From assembly GCA_039177115.1 (NCBI GenBank), contig JBCDFZ010000027.1, forward strand, positions 2,488-66,487: a stretch of 64,000 nt of DNA, written 5' to 3'. Below the pieces are notes generated by a model. That model was not told where the DNA came from and did not search any database. It worked only from the letters and a program-made list of their open reading frames with translations. Of this stretch, positions 45,196-54,719 are shown in pieces. Both the position numbers and the translations under genes were made by a program. Within the stretch, counting starts at the first letter, position 1; each line of letters begins with the position of its first letter. This DNA comes from Myxococcota bacterium (GTDB taxonomy: Bacteria > Myxococcota_A > Polyangia > Polyangiales > Houyiibacteriaceae).

Positions 45196-48100
45196 TCAAA
45201 TCCCCGGGGCCCGACGGAGGTCGAGCGTGAACGGAAACTCCGGGTGGGGCGAGTCGGGGGTAGGAGGCCAGTACGTCCCGGGCGTGTGCCCGTGGTCTTG
45301 GAAGCGGGGGAGCCGCCGGGATTCGGCCTCGTTCGCGTTGACCGGGAACTCTTCGTGGCTGAGGCCCCCAGGGTTGGCGACGTGATACGTGCAGCCGCCA
45401 AGCGCGCGTCCCGTCCAACGGTCGAAGATGTCGAACGTCAGCGGCGCGTTGACTGGCAGCACGGGGTGGAGTGCGAGGGGCGGCTGCCAGGCTTTGAAGC
45501 GAACCGCTGCGACCGATTCGCCCTCGGTCGCGGTTGGGATGAGGGGTACCGTGCGCGTGTTGCACGTGACCCCGTAGCGCTCCGGGTTGGGTGCGCGAAG
45601 GCGCACCTGAAGCCGCTCGACTGAACTATCCGTGTACCGAACGGTTCCGCCGATCGCACCCGTCTCACCGAGGACGTGCCACGGCTCGAGCGCCTGGCGA
45701 AGCTCGAGCTCCACGCCCTCGTAGCTCACCTCACCGCAAAACGGGAAGCGAAATTCGCGCTGCGCCTCGAACCACGCCGGGTCCATCTCGAAGCCATGCG
45801 CGGAGAGGTCTCGAAGAACTTCTAAGAAGTCTTCCCAGACGAAGTGCGGAAGCATGAAGCGGTCGTGGAGCTCGGTGCCCCATCGCACGGGGCGGCCTGA
45901 AACGGGCGAGTGCCAGAGCCGGGCGATGATGGCGCGAATCAGCAGCTGTTGCGCGAGGCTCATCTTGGCGTCGGGCGGCATCTCGAAGCTTCGAAACTCG
46001 ACCAGCCCGAGCCGCCCCGTTGGGCCGTCGGGTGAGTAGAGTTTGTCGATGCAAATTTCGGTTCGGTGCGTGTTGCCGGTGACGTCGATCAGGATGTTGC
46101 GAAGGAGCCGATCGACCAGCCACGGCGGCGGCGCTGGCCCCTCGCCAGGTGCCGGCATCTGAGCGAGCGCCACTTCGAGCTCGTAGAGCGAGTCGTGCCG
46201 GGCCTCGTCGATCCGCGGGGCCTGACTCGTCGGTCCGATGAAGAGCCCGGAGAACAGATAGCTGAGCGACGGATGTCGCTGCCAAGTGAGGATGAGTGAA
46301 CGCAGGAGGTCGGGCCGGCGCAAGAACGGGCTGTCTGCGGGGGTCGCGCCGCCAACGACCACGTGGTTGCCGCCGCCGGTTCCAGTGTGGCGCCCGTCAA
46401 GCATGAACCTGTCGGTGCCGAGCCTGCAGAGACGCGCTTCTTCGTAAAGAGCGGTGGTGTTCTCGACGGCTTCGCGCCAGCTTCGCGTCGGGTGGACGTT
46501 GACCTCGAGCACGCCGGGATCCGGGCCCACCCGGATGACGTTCAGACGAGGATCGGGAGGAGGCGTGTAGCCCTCGAGATGGAGCGGCAGGCCTGCGTCG
46601 CGCGCGGCGGCCTCCGCGGCAGCGACGAGCTCGAGGTAGTCTTCGATCGACTCGACCGGCGGAAGAAAGATGCAGAGCCGGCCGTCGCGCGGCTCCACGG
46701 CGAGTGCCGTACGCACCTCGCCTCCGATTTCACCCTCGACCGAAGCATGGCCTGGTCCACCCGGCGACTCCGCGCCTGGTTGAACGCGGCCCACGGGCTG
46801 TCGTCGGTTTGAAGTTGGAAGCGGCTCTGGAAACTCGAACTCGGGTAAAGCGCTGCGTGGCACCGATGGGTCTGCGACGAAGGTATACGGATAGCGAGCG
46901 GGTGGGATGTACGGAAGCGACGCCAGCGGAAGCCGAAAGCCGGCCGGGCTGTCGCCGGGGATGAGGAAGATGTACCCCCGCCGGAGCCGCCAACGCTCGG
47001 ACTGCCAGCCGACCCTGGCCTTCGACTGCCAACGCTGGACCGGCAGTACGTAAGCCGCGGGCACGTCGAGACCACGTTCGAAAACTCGTGCAATGCGGGC
47101 GCGTTCCTCGCTGTCTTCGAGCTTCGAGTTCTCGGGGGTGACGTTGTTGGGAAGCTTGCCTTCGCGGAGGATCCACTCGGCCGGATCCTCGTAGACGGGT
47201 TGGACGAACTCCTCGTCCTCGAGCCCGAGGCGCTCGGCGATGTTGCGAATCACGGACTCGGCGTCCGCGGCTGTGGCCCCTGTGTCGGCGTGCTCCTCGG
47301 CGATCAGGTCTGGGTTGCGCCAGATGGGGTGTCCGTCGCCCCGCCAGTAGAGCGAGAAGGTCCATCGCGGAAGCGTCTCGCCTGGGTACCATTTGCCCTG
47401 CCCGTAGTGCAGGAAGCCTCCGGGAGCGAAGCGGTCGCGAAGCCGGCGTATCAGTCGATCGGCTAGGTAGCGCTTGGTCGGACCTACGGCATCGCTGTTC
47501 CACTCGTCACTCTCGTAGTCGTCGATGGAGACGAACGTAGGCTCGCCGCCCATCGTCAGTCGGACGTCGCCCTCCTCGAGCGCCTTGTCGACGGTTTCTC
47601 CAACTTCGTTTAGGCGCTGCCAGGCGTCGTCTGAGAACGGTTTGGTGATCCGCGGATGCTCCGACACGCGGGTGACTCGCATGTCGTAATCAAACTCTAC
47701 CTCCGCCTTGGACGAGACCCCGGAGATGGGCGCCGCGTTCTTGAAGTGAGGCGTCGCGGCGAGGGGGATGTGACTCTCGCCGGCGAACAGGCCGCTCGTG
47801 GGATCGAGGCCGACCCACCCGGCACCGGGAAGGTAGACCTCCGCCCAGGCGTGAAGATCGGTGAAGTCGTGATCGGTGCCGCTCGGGCCGTCGAGCGCCT
47901 TCAGGTCCGGCTTGAGCTGAATGAGGTAGCCGGACACGAAGCGCGCAGCGAAGCCGAGGTGACGTAGGATCTGGACGAGAAGCCAACTCGAATCGCGGCA
48001 GGAGCCAAACGCCTTACCGAGCGTTTCTTCGGGGCTCTGCACGCCCGGCTCCATGCGAATCGTGTAGTTGATGTCCTTCGCGACGCGTGCGTTGAGTGCG

Positions 48101-48537
48101 ACCAGGAAGTCAATCGTGCGACCCTCCTGCCGCGGCACCTGGCTGAGGTACTCGGTCAACAGGGGTCCCGGCGATTCCGGCTTCCGGTAAATCGACAGAT
48201 CGGCGGACAGGTCTTCGGGGTAGTCGAATGGCCAATCCTCGACGCTCTCTTCCACGAAGAAGTCGAAAGGATTGTAGACCGACATGTCGGCAACGATGTC
48301 GACCTCGAGCTTGAACTCGCGTACCGGCTCCGGGAACACGAGGCGCGCAAGCCAATTGCCGTAGGGGTCCTGCTGGTGGTTGATGAAGTGCGTGCCGGGT
48401 GCGACTCGCAGGCTGTGCGAGATCACCCGTGTTCGGCTCCACGGCGCGGGACGCAAGCGGACGACCTGCGGCCCGAGCTGAACCGGGCGGTCGTACTTGT
48501 AGTGCGTAAGGTGGTAGAGGCTGGCGTGAATGGCCAT
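45196..48537 (-). CDS. Transglutaminase fused to DUF2126 putative amidoligase
   Basis: [21 protein letters not shown] triad; [42 protein letters not shown]. Confidence 0.94.
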   Translation of the reverse strand: MAIHASLYHLTHYKYDRPVQLGPQVVRLRPAPWSRTRVISHSLRVAPGTHFINHQQDPYGNWLARLVFPEPVREFKLEVDIVADMSVYNPFDFFVEESVEDWPFDYPEDLSADLSIYRKPESPGPLLTEYLSQVPRQEGRTIDFLVALNARVAKDINYTIRMEPGVQSPEETLGKAFGSCRDSSWLLVQILRHLGFAARFVSGYLIQLKPDLKALDGPSGTDHDFTDLHAWAEVYLPGAGWVGLDPTSGLFAGESHIPLAATPHFKNAAPISGVSSKAEVEFDYDMRVTRVSEHPRITKPFSDDAWQRLNEVGETVDKALEEGDVRLTMGGEPTFVSIDDYESDEWNSDAVGPTKRYLADRLIRRLRDRFAPGGFLHYGQGKWYPGETLPRWTFSLYWRGDGHPIWRNPDLIAEEHADTGATAADAESVIRNIAERLGLEDEEFVQPVYEDPAEWILREGKLPNNVTPENSKLEDSEERARIARVFERGLDVPAAYVLPVQRWQSKARVGWQSERWRLRRGYIFLIPGDSPAGFRLPLASLPYIPPARYPYTFVADPSVPRSALPEFEFPEPLPTSNRRQPVGRVQPGAESPGGPGHASVEGEIGGEVRTALAVEPRDGRLCIFLPPVESIEDYLELVAAAEAAARDAGLPLHLEGYTPPPDPRLNVIRVGPDPGVLEVNVHPTRSWREAVENTTALYEEARLCRLGTDRFMLDGRHTGTGGGNHVVVGGATPADSPFLRRPDLLRSLILTWQRHPSLSYLFSGLFIGPTSQAPRIDEARHDSLYELEVALAQMPAPGEGPAPPPWLVDRLLRNILIDVTGNTHRTEICIDKLYSPDGPTGRLGLVEFRSFEMPPDAKMSLAQQLLIRAIIARLWHSPVSGRPVRWGTELHDRFMLPHFVWEDFLEVLRDLSAHGFEMDPAWFEAQREFRFPFCGEVSYEGVELELRQALEPWHVLGETGAIGGTVRYTDSSVERLQVRLRAPNPERYGVTCNTRTVPLIPTATEGESVAAVRFKAWQPPLALHPVLPVNAPLTFDIFDRWTGRALGGCTYHVANPGGLSHEEFPVNANEAESRRLPRFQDHGHTPGTYWPPTPDSPHPEFPFTLDLRRAPGI

Positions 48538-49276
48538 GGTCGGCCGGCTAGTCTAACCGATCTGCCGCGCGACGCCGCACGGGGCTACGTTTCGAATCCG
48601 TTAATTCGGTATTTGTTCGTCCCGAAGCGTCTGAACCAAGGCATTCGTCAGGACAGCTTCAAGGCCTCGAGCCAGGATGACACGGGGTCTTCGCTTTTCA
48701 TCGTGGGCTCGATGACCCCGGACTGGATCTCCAACGTCGCCGCGCTCGCCGGCGTCAATGCGCCTCTCGGTGCGCGTACCTGCGCGGCGTGAGACTCTCT
48801 GACGACGCCGGAGTCGCGTGGCTCCCCGACTGGGATGGCAATCACCTTTCGGACCGCGAAGGGTCGTTGGAAGGGTTCGTCGCAGTGGCCAAGCTTCGGC
48901 ACGAAAAGAACTCAGTGAGCTCATCCACGTCGAGGTGGGCGCGCAGGGCCGAGACGGTGGTTTCAGCGCACGCGACCTCGCATGCCACCCCGACCGCAAA
49001 AGCCGCCGACCCACCATCCCGCCGTAGTAAGGAGCCTCTTCGCCTCGCTAAAGAAACACTTGCGAGTCACGAAATCGGCTCTAAGAAGCCTGAATCAGAT
49101 TTCACGATTTGCATAGCATCTTTAGCAGCGCGACCTCGTTTCAAAAGAATCAAGCCACCGAACCCACCTTGCAGGCCGAAGCGGCTCGGTGAAATCGAAG
49201 GCGCTCCCGCGCTGGCGCCCACACGAACAAAGAGCCGACAGCGACCAACAAAGGCTGCCAAACCCTCGGAGTACAC

Positions 49277-50113
49277 ATGACCTCGAACGCGAACCGCCTC
49301 GCCTATCTCATCACCGGAATCGTCGATGACAACTCGCTCGCGACCGCCGTGGCCGACCGCATGGCAGCCGATGGGCACCTTCTGGTGTGCACGGGTCTCG
49401 GCCTGACTCCTCACCATGAAGGCTTGTCCGACAAGGCGTCCGCGTTCCTCGAGAAGACTTACGCCTCATTCGAGACGACGGTGCGCGATCGCTACGGGGA
49501 CAAGGCCATCGTGATGCCGCTCGACGTGACGCTCGATGCGAGTCTGGACGAGGTGGCGTCGCGGCTTCGTGACGACGGCATCCCCCTTGCAGGCGTGTTT
49601 CACTCGATCGCCATGGACAAGACGATCCGAGCTGGTGCTGTCAAGCCGTTGCTGGACGTTACTCTCGAGGAGTTTTCGCAAGCCATGAACGTGTCGGCGT
49701 ACTCGCTGATCGCGCTCACCCGATCCCTGCTTCATCACAACGTGCTGAGGGAGCGTGCGTCGATCGTGGCCGTCAGCTACCGAGGTGCCGAGTTCGTCAT
49801 GACCCACCCGTACAAGAACGTTGGTGTGGCAAAGGCCGCACTCGAACGCATCATTCGCGAACTCGCAGACGAACTCGGACGGAGCCATCGTATCCGCGTC
49901 AACGGAGTGCGTTTCTCGCCCTACACCGGCAGTAAGGCCGGAGGCGCCATCCCTGGGCTCGCCGAGGCCGAGCGCCTCGCAGCGGACCTGAGCCCGCTCG
50001 GAAACGCGAAACCCGCGGACCTAGCCGAAGAGGTGGCCTACCTGATGGCGCCCGAGACTCGCATTACCGGCGACATCCGCAACGTCGATGGCGGCTACAA
50101 CATTCGCGGGTAA
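49277..50113 (+). CDS. Enoyl-ACP reductase (FabI/InhA-like SDR)
   Basis: ITGIVDDNSLA, LDVT, HSIA, NVSAYSL, YKNVGVAKAALE, IRVNG, VDGG. Confidence 0.82.
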   Translation: MTSNANRLAYLITGIVDDNSLATAVADRMAADGHLLVCTGLGLTPHHEGLSDKASAFLEKTYASFETTVRDRYGDKAIVMPLDVTLDASLDEVASRLRDDGIPLAGVFHSIAMDKTIRAGAVKPLLDVTLEEFSQAMNVSAYSLIALTRSLLHHNVLRERASIVAVSYRGAEFVMTHPYKNVGVAKAALERIIRELADELGRSHRIRVNGVRFSPYTGSKAGGAIPGLAEAERLAADLSPLGNAKPADLAEEVAYLMAPETRITGDIRNVDGGYNIRG

Positions 50114-50137
50114 GGCGTTTCCGCCGATTGCGGTCGC

Positions 50138-50641
50138 TCAGCCGAATTCGAAGACACGGCCAAAGCTCTCTGCGAGGTCGACGACCTGCAGGTCCACCTC
50201 GTTGGTGTCCGCGAGCTCGAGATCGAAGAACTGCTGCTCCGGCTCCAGGAAGTACGGACCGGCATGCCAGGTGCCGCGCTTGAGTAGGATGAGAACGTCT
50301 CCGGGAATGTCGAAGGCGACGATCTCGTCGGGGTCGGGTGTCGCAGACGGATCTTCGAGATCCCTCGGAGGCGCGACGGCCATCCACCAGGGCCGCCCCC
50401 CGACCGACCCCAAACACTGGGTGACGAGGCAGTGCCTCGCGATCTCACGAAACGCACGACCGCGCTGCCGAAGTCGAAGGATGTAGACGCGAGGTCGTCC
50501 CGCGCTGAGGTCGAGCCATTGATCCTCGGGCCCATGCAAGCCCTCGTCGCGTCCGGTGAGTACGAGGCCATAGGGGGCGAAGCTCTCCGGCGTCGCATGC
50601 CTAGCGGGAAGGACCGTCACGTTTTCCTTCGTCGTTTCCAT
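50138..50641 (-). CDS. Ureidoglycolate lyase/hydrolase-family cupin
   Basis: TPESFAPYG, RHCLVTQCLGS, LKRGTWHAGP, LELADTNEVD; ATG 50641. Confidence 0.8.
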   Translation of the reverse strand: METTKENVTVLPARHATPESFAPYGLVLTGRDEGLHGPEDQWLDLSAGRPRVYILRLRQRGRAFREIARHCLVTQCLGSVGGRPWWMAVAPPRDLEDPSATPDPDEIVAFDIPGDVLILLKRGTWHAGPYFLEPEQQFFDLELADTNEVDLQVVDLAESFGRVFEFG

Positions 50642-50855
50642 CAACCTAGCTCCGGCTAGACGGTCGTAGGATGTCTCGCGAAACCGAAACGCGATGATAC
50701 CCGCTCCGGCGGCGATCAGACCCTGGCAAAGATCCTCCGCAGCTGCCGGTGTCGCCACCGGAACATCATCGGCACGGCGAGTCCGAACGCCGACTCCGCG
50801 CCGGGAAAGCGTCCTTCCCACTCGGGGCAGTCGAGCACCGACTCGCTCAGGGTAC

Positions 50856-52250
50856 TCATCCAGGCTCGAGGAAGCCGATCGGCGGGACGCCACTCGTCGG
50901 ATCGTAGAAACGGCCGACGTTGGGAAGGACCGTGCTCAAGTCTGTGTTGGCGACGCCGAACCACTGGGCGATCTCGGCGTAGAACTCGTCTGTGGAAAGC
51001 GTCGGGGCGTAGTTGCCGCGACCCACGTCGAGGGCCTCGCCCTGGATCAGCTCTGGATACGCGCCGAAGATCTCGCCGCCGTTGACCGCCCCACCCATGA
51101 CGATTTGGTGTCCACCCCACCCGTGGTCGGAGCCACGGCCGTTCGATGTCAGCGTTCGACCGAAATCGGAAATCGTGAATGTGGTGACGGAACTGGCGAG
51201 GTCGAGCTCTTCCATGGCGAGTTCGAATGCGCTGAGACCCGCGTTGAGAGCGGGGAGCATCTGGGCCTGGCTTGACAGCAGGTTGTCGTGATGATCCCAA
51301 CCTCCGTAGACCACGAAGAACGTTTGACGCGCGGCGCCCAGGGACTCGCGAGCGCCGATCGTCCGAGCGATCATCTGCATGGAACGGGAAAACGGGTCTC
51401 CCGCGAACTCTGTCGCGATGGTAGGAGCGCTTCTGAGCGCCGCGGAGAACGCGATACCCGCGTCGACCGCACCGCGAAGGCGCCCCGCGTACTCACGGCG
51501 AAAGAGGCTCGCGTAGGACTGCGCCAGCATCGTGTCGACCGGATTGGCGATGACCGGCGTTTCGTCGTAGCCGAACACAGGCTGTACCCCCTCTCCATCG
51601 CCGCTAATCGCGTATTCGACGACCCGCTGACCGGTCTGCCAGGTGTTGGCGCCGCCGAGCGAGATGTTCATCGAGATGTCTGCGCTCGAGGTGCTCGGAG
51701 CCGCGAGGAGGTCGGCCATTCGACCGGCCACGCCGGTGCCGACCCGGGCGTCCGGGAGAGACGTCTGCCACTGCTCGATCTGGTCTGAGTGGGAAAACAG
51801 GCCGAGCGGCAGCCGGAGACTCCCGCTGGTGATCGCGGCCTCGGTGGTCGGCTCGACCATCAAGCCGACGTTCGAGACGAAAGCCAGCTTCCCGTCGTCG
51901 AACAGGCTTCCGAGCGTCCCGAGTGCCGGATGGAGCCCAAACTGGCGGCCTGCGTCGTCATACTCGAGCGGGACGAGCGTTTCGCGTGCGAGCGCCAGAT
52001 CGGAACGGAAGCTCGCATACCTGTCGTAGTACGCAGCATCCGACGGGACCAGCATGTTGAAGGAGTCGGCTCCGCCCGCGAGCAGAACGCACACGAGTGC
52101 TTTGTAGCCCTCCAGCTTGGAAGCCTGCGCAGACGCCGCACGCATGCCCGACAACGTGAGCCCGGTCGCGCTGAGGCCCACTGCCCCGGACCCGGCAAGA
52201 AAGTGCCGGCGGTTCATTCTGACGAAGGGCGTTTTCTTCATGGCGGGCAC
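50856..52250 (-). CDS. DUF1501 family protein, Tat-exported
   Basis: NRRHFL twin-Arg signal; YKALVCVLLAGGADSFN, LFSHSDQ, GGWDHH, SDFGRTL, GSDHGWG. Confidence 0.93.
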   Translation of the reverse strand: MPAMKKTPFVRMNRRHFLAGSGAVGLSATGLTLSGMRAASAQASKLEGYKALVCVLLAGGADSFNMLVPSDAAYYDRYASFRSDLALARETLVPLEYDDAGRQFGLHPALGTLGSLFDDGKLAFVSNVGLMVEPTTEAAITSGSLRLPLGLFSHSDQIEQWQTSLPDARVGTGVAGRMADLLAAPSTSSADISMNISLGGANTWQTGQRVVEYAISGDGEGVQPVFGYDETPVIANPVDTMLAQSYASLFRREYAGRLRGAVDAGIAFSAALRSAPTIATEFAGDPFSRSMQMIARTIGARESLGAARQTFFVVYGGWDHHDNLLSSQAQMLPALNAGLSAFELAMEELDLASSVTTFTISDFGRTLTSNGRGSDHGWGGHQIVMGGAVNGGEIFGAYPELIQGEALDVGRGNYAPTLSTDEFYAEIAQWFGVANTDLSTVLPNVGRFYDPTSGVPPIGFLEPG

Positions 52251-52252
52251 TC

Positions 52253-53917
52253 CTACAGCTCCGTCGCGTAGTCGGGGGAAACGAGGGTCAGGTAGATGGC
52301 GACCTCCGTGCGTCGGTCGTCGGTGAAGTCGTCTTCGTCTCGCGGAACCGAGACGGCTGCTACGATGGCTTCCTTCGTGGAATCACTCATCGTGCCGTAG
52401 GTAAACACCAGGTCGAGCCGGTCGACGAGCGCCACCGGATCGTCCGCGAGCGCTTGGAAGTCGCTGAGGTCGAGCGTCACGCCTGGGAAGCCGTCCCCGA
52501 TCTGCATGGGTTCATCCAAGATGGAGAACGCGATGAGATTGGTTACTGCGACGATCCCGGAAGACGTCGTGATCTGAAACTCAGGCCCGACGAGATCGCG
52601 CTCGACGAACTCCGCGGACGGACGGAAGCTCGGCGAGAAAAAGTTGAACACGCTCGGCGAAGTGAACACGTGCTGACGCGTGAGTTCCTGTACGAGGAGA
52701 GCCAGATTGGCGAACGTCTCGCCGTCTTCGCTCGTCGCGTTGAGCTGCCGGTTGAGCGCCACGTAGCGGACGAAGGGTTCCCGGAGCTTCCCGAAGTCAT
52801 CGTTCGTGCCGGGCGGTGCGGTCGCCTCCGGGTCGAGCAGGACGGCTCGAACCATCCGCTTCATGTCTCCGCGCGGCGTTTCGTTGAATGCCCGCGCGAC
52901 GCGCTCGATGTACTCGGGCGACGGGTTCGACGTCACCAAGCGCTGAATCAGCTGCCGGCCGATGAAGGGACCGACGTTGGGATGGTTGAACAGGTTGTCG
53001 ATGGCGGCATCGATGTCGGTGAGGCCAGGCTGACCCGCAGGCAGGACGACCCCACCGAGCAGCCGCTTCTCACCCGGCTCATGAGCAGTTTCGAACATCT
53101 GCATGGGCAACTCGAGGACGGGCTCCCGGTTTCCAAACGAAGCCTCCGGTCCTCCGAAAGACAGCCCCGTGAACACCTTTGCGAATTCGCGAATGTCCTC
53201 GTTGTCGTAGGTTGGGATCGGCATTCCCTCGCCATCGAGCTTCTCGCTTCCATCATCGTTCAGCTCGAACAGGCCGATCGAGAAGAGCTGCATCACTTCG
53301 CGCGCGTAGTTCTCGTCCGGAAAGGTATTCCGCGCAGGGTTGGCCCTCGCGTTGTTCACGTGGCTCAGGTAGATCCCCATGAATGGGCTCAGCGTCACGT
53401 CCGCCAAGAGGTCGCGAAAGTTCCCGAACGCGTGCTCCAAAAGCATGTCGTAGTAAATCGAGAGCGCTGGAGGAGGCTCGGCTAGTTCTTCGACTGTGGC
53501 CGACACAACGAAGATCTCGCTCAGGGCGAAGGCAATCCGCTGTCGCAGCTGATCCTCGGCGTTCATCGTGGCGTTCCACCAGGCGAGCCGCCAGAACGCG
53601 GCCGGATCCTCCGCGTCCTCGCCGAAGGTATCGATGAGCGCGTTGGAGAACTCCACGTGCGTCGTCGTGGGCTGCGCGAACTGGTCCTCGACCCACGCCT
53701 CCGGCCCGAGGATCGCGGCGCTCCGAATCTCGTCGTAGGCTGCACCGAATGTCGCACGGGAGAGAAGTCTCGAGGCAGCCTCGAGTTCGGCGGTGGTGGG
53801 TTCGGCATCTCCCGTTCCCCCCGACCCGCCTGTCCCGCCGTTAGCGGCTGTCCCTCCTCCGCTACAGCCAGCCAGGAAGAGAAGACTCAGAGTGATCCAG
53901 GAAGTACCGTGTCGCAT
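52253..53917 (-). CDS. DUF1800 family lipoprotein
   Basis: LAGC lipobox; ASRLLSRATFG, DQLRQRIAFALSEIFVVS, PDENYAREVMQLFSIGL, LVTSNPSP, GKLREP, PSVFNFF. Confidence 0.93.
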   Translation of the reverse strand: MRHGTSWITLSLLFLAGCSGGGTAANGGTGGSGGTGDAEPTTAELEAASRLLSRATFGAAYDEIRSAAILGPEAWVEDQFAQPTTTHVEFSNALIDTFGEDAEDPAAFWRLAWWNATMNAEDQLRQRIAFALSEIFVVSATVEELAEPPPALSIYYDMLLEHAFGNFRDLLADVTLSPFMGIYLSHVNNARANPARNTFPDENYAREVMQLFSIGLFELNDDGSEKLDGEGMPIPTYDNEDIREFAKVFTGLSFGGPEASFGNREPVLELPMQMFETAHEPGEKRLLGGVVLPAGQPGLTDIDAAIDNLFNHPNVGPFIGRQLIQRLVTSNPSPEYIERVARAFNETPRGDMKRMVRAVLLDPEATAPPGTNDDFGKLREPFVRYVALNRQLNATSEDGETFANLALLVQELTRQHVFTSPSVFNFFSPSFRPSAEFVERDLVGPEFQITTSSGIVAVTNLIAFSILDEPMQIGDGFPGVTLDLSDFQALADDPVALVDRLDLVFTYGTMSDSTKEAIVAAVSVPRDEDDFTDDRRTEVAIYLTLVSPDYATEL

Positions 53918-53976
53918 GTTAGCCTCGTGAGACTTTCGACAATACCTGCTCTGGATGAGCCTGAGGTGGCGAGAGC

Positions 53977-53992
53977 ATTAAGGATTTGTAAT
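53977..53992. promoter_or_regulatory. ATTAC-N6-GTAAT-like response-regulator box (one mismatch)
   Basis: ATTAA-ggattt-GTAAT in the 130-bp divergent region between DUF1800 and the response regulator. Confidence 0.55.
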
Positions 53993-54047
53993 TGGGTCGC
54001 CTCATCGCGATTCGATAGCGTGAATTGTTGGTCGTGGAGATCGAACG

Positions 54048-54719
54048 GTGAACATCTTGGTTGTCGAGGACGACGCGGAGGTCAGCGCCTACGTCGTCAA
54101 AGGGCTCGAAGAAGCGGGGCACCACGCTCGTGCCGTCCTCGATGGGGATAGTGCGCTTCTCGAAGCGTCTCACGGCCAGTTCGATGCTGTGATCATCGAT
54201 CGAATGCTCCCCGGCCTCGACGGGATCAGCGTCGTCAAGGCGCTTCGGGCCATGGGTAAGGACACACCCGTCTTGATCTTGAGCGCCTTAGGTGAGGTGG
54301 ATCACCGCGTCGAGGGGCTCCGCGCCGGGTCAGATGACTACCTCACCAAGCCGTTCGCATTCAGCGAGTTGCTCGCACGCGTGGAAGCCATGGCGAGAAG
54401 AAGTCGTCGAAGTGAGGCCCACACCGCGCTTTCGGTTGGCGACCTCGAACTCGACCTGCTTTCGCGAACCGCGAAGCGGGGCGACCGATCGATCGAGCTT
54501 CTCCCGCGCGAGTTTGCGCTTCTCGAGTACATGATGGTGCACGCCGGCCAAGTGGTGACGCGCACCATGCTCCTCGAGAGCGTGTGGGGGCTGAACTTCG
54601 ATCCGCAGACGAACGTGGTCGACGTCCACATCGCGCGCCTCCGTCAGAAGATCGACAAAGGCTTCGATACGCGGCTCATCCACACGGTCCGCGGTGCAGG
54701 GTATGTCATCCGCGCGTAG
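54048..54719 (+). CDS. OmpR-family response regulator (CusR/CzcR-like)
   Basis: VVEDD, IIDRMLPGLDG, DDYLTKPF, PREFALLEY, NVVDVHIARLRQKID, HTVRGAGY. Confidence 0.96.
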   Translation: MNILVVEDDAEVSAYVVKGLEEAGHHARAVLDGDSALLEASHGQFDAVIIDRMLPGLDGISVVKALRAMGKDTPVLILSALGEVDHRVEGLRAGSDDYLTKPFAFSELLARVEAMARRSRRSEAHTALSVGDLELDLLSRTAKRGDRSIELLPREFALLEYMMVHAGQVVTRTMLLESVWGLNFDPQTNVVDVHIARLRQKIDKGFDTRLIHTVRGAGYVIRA

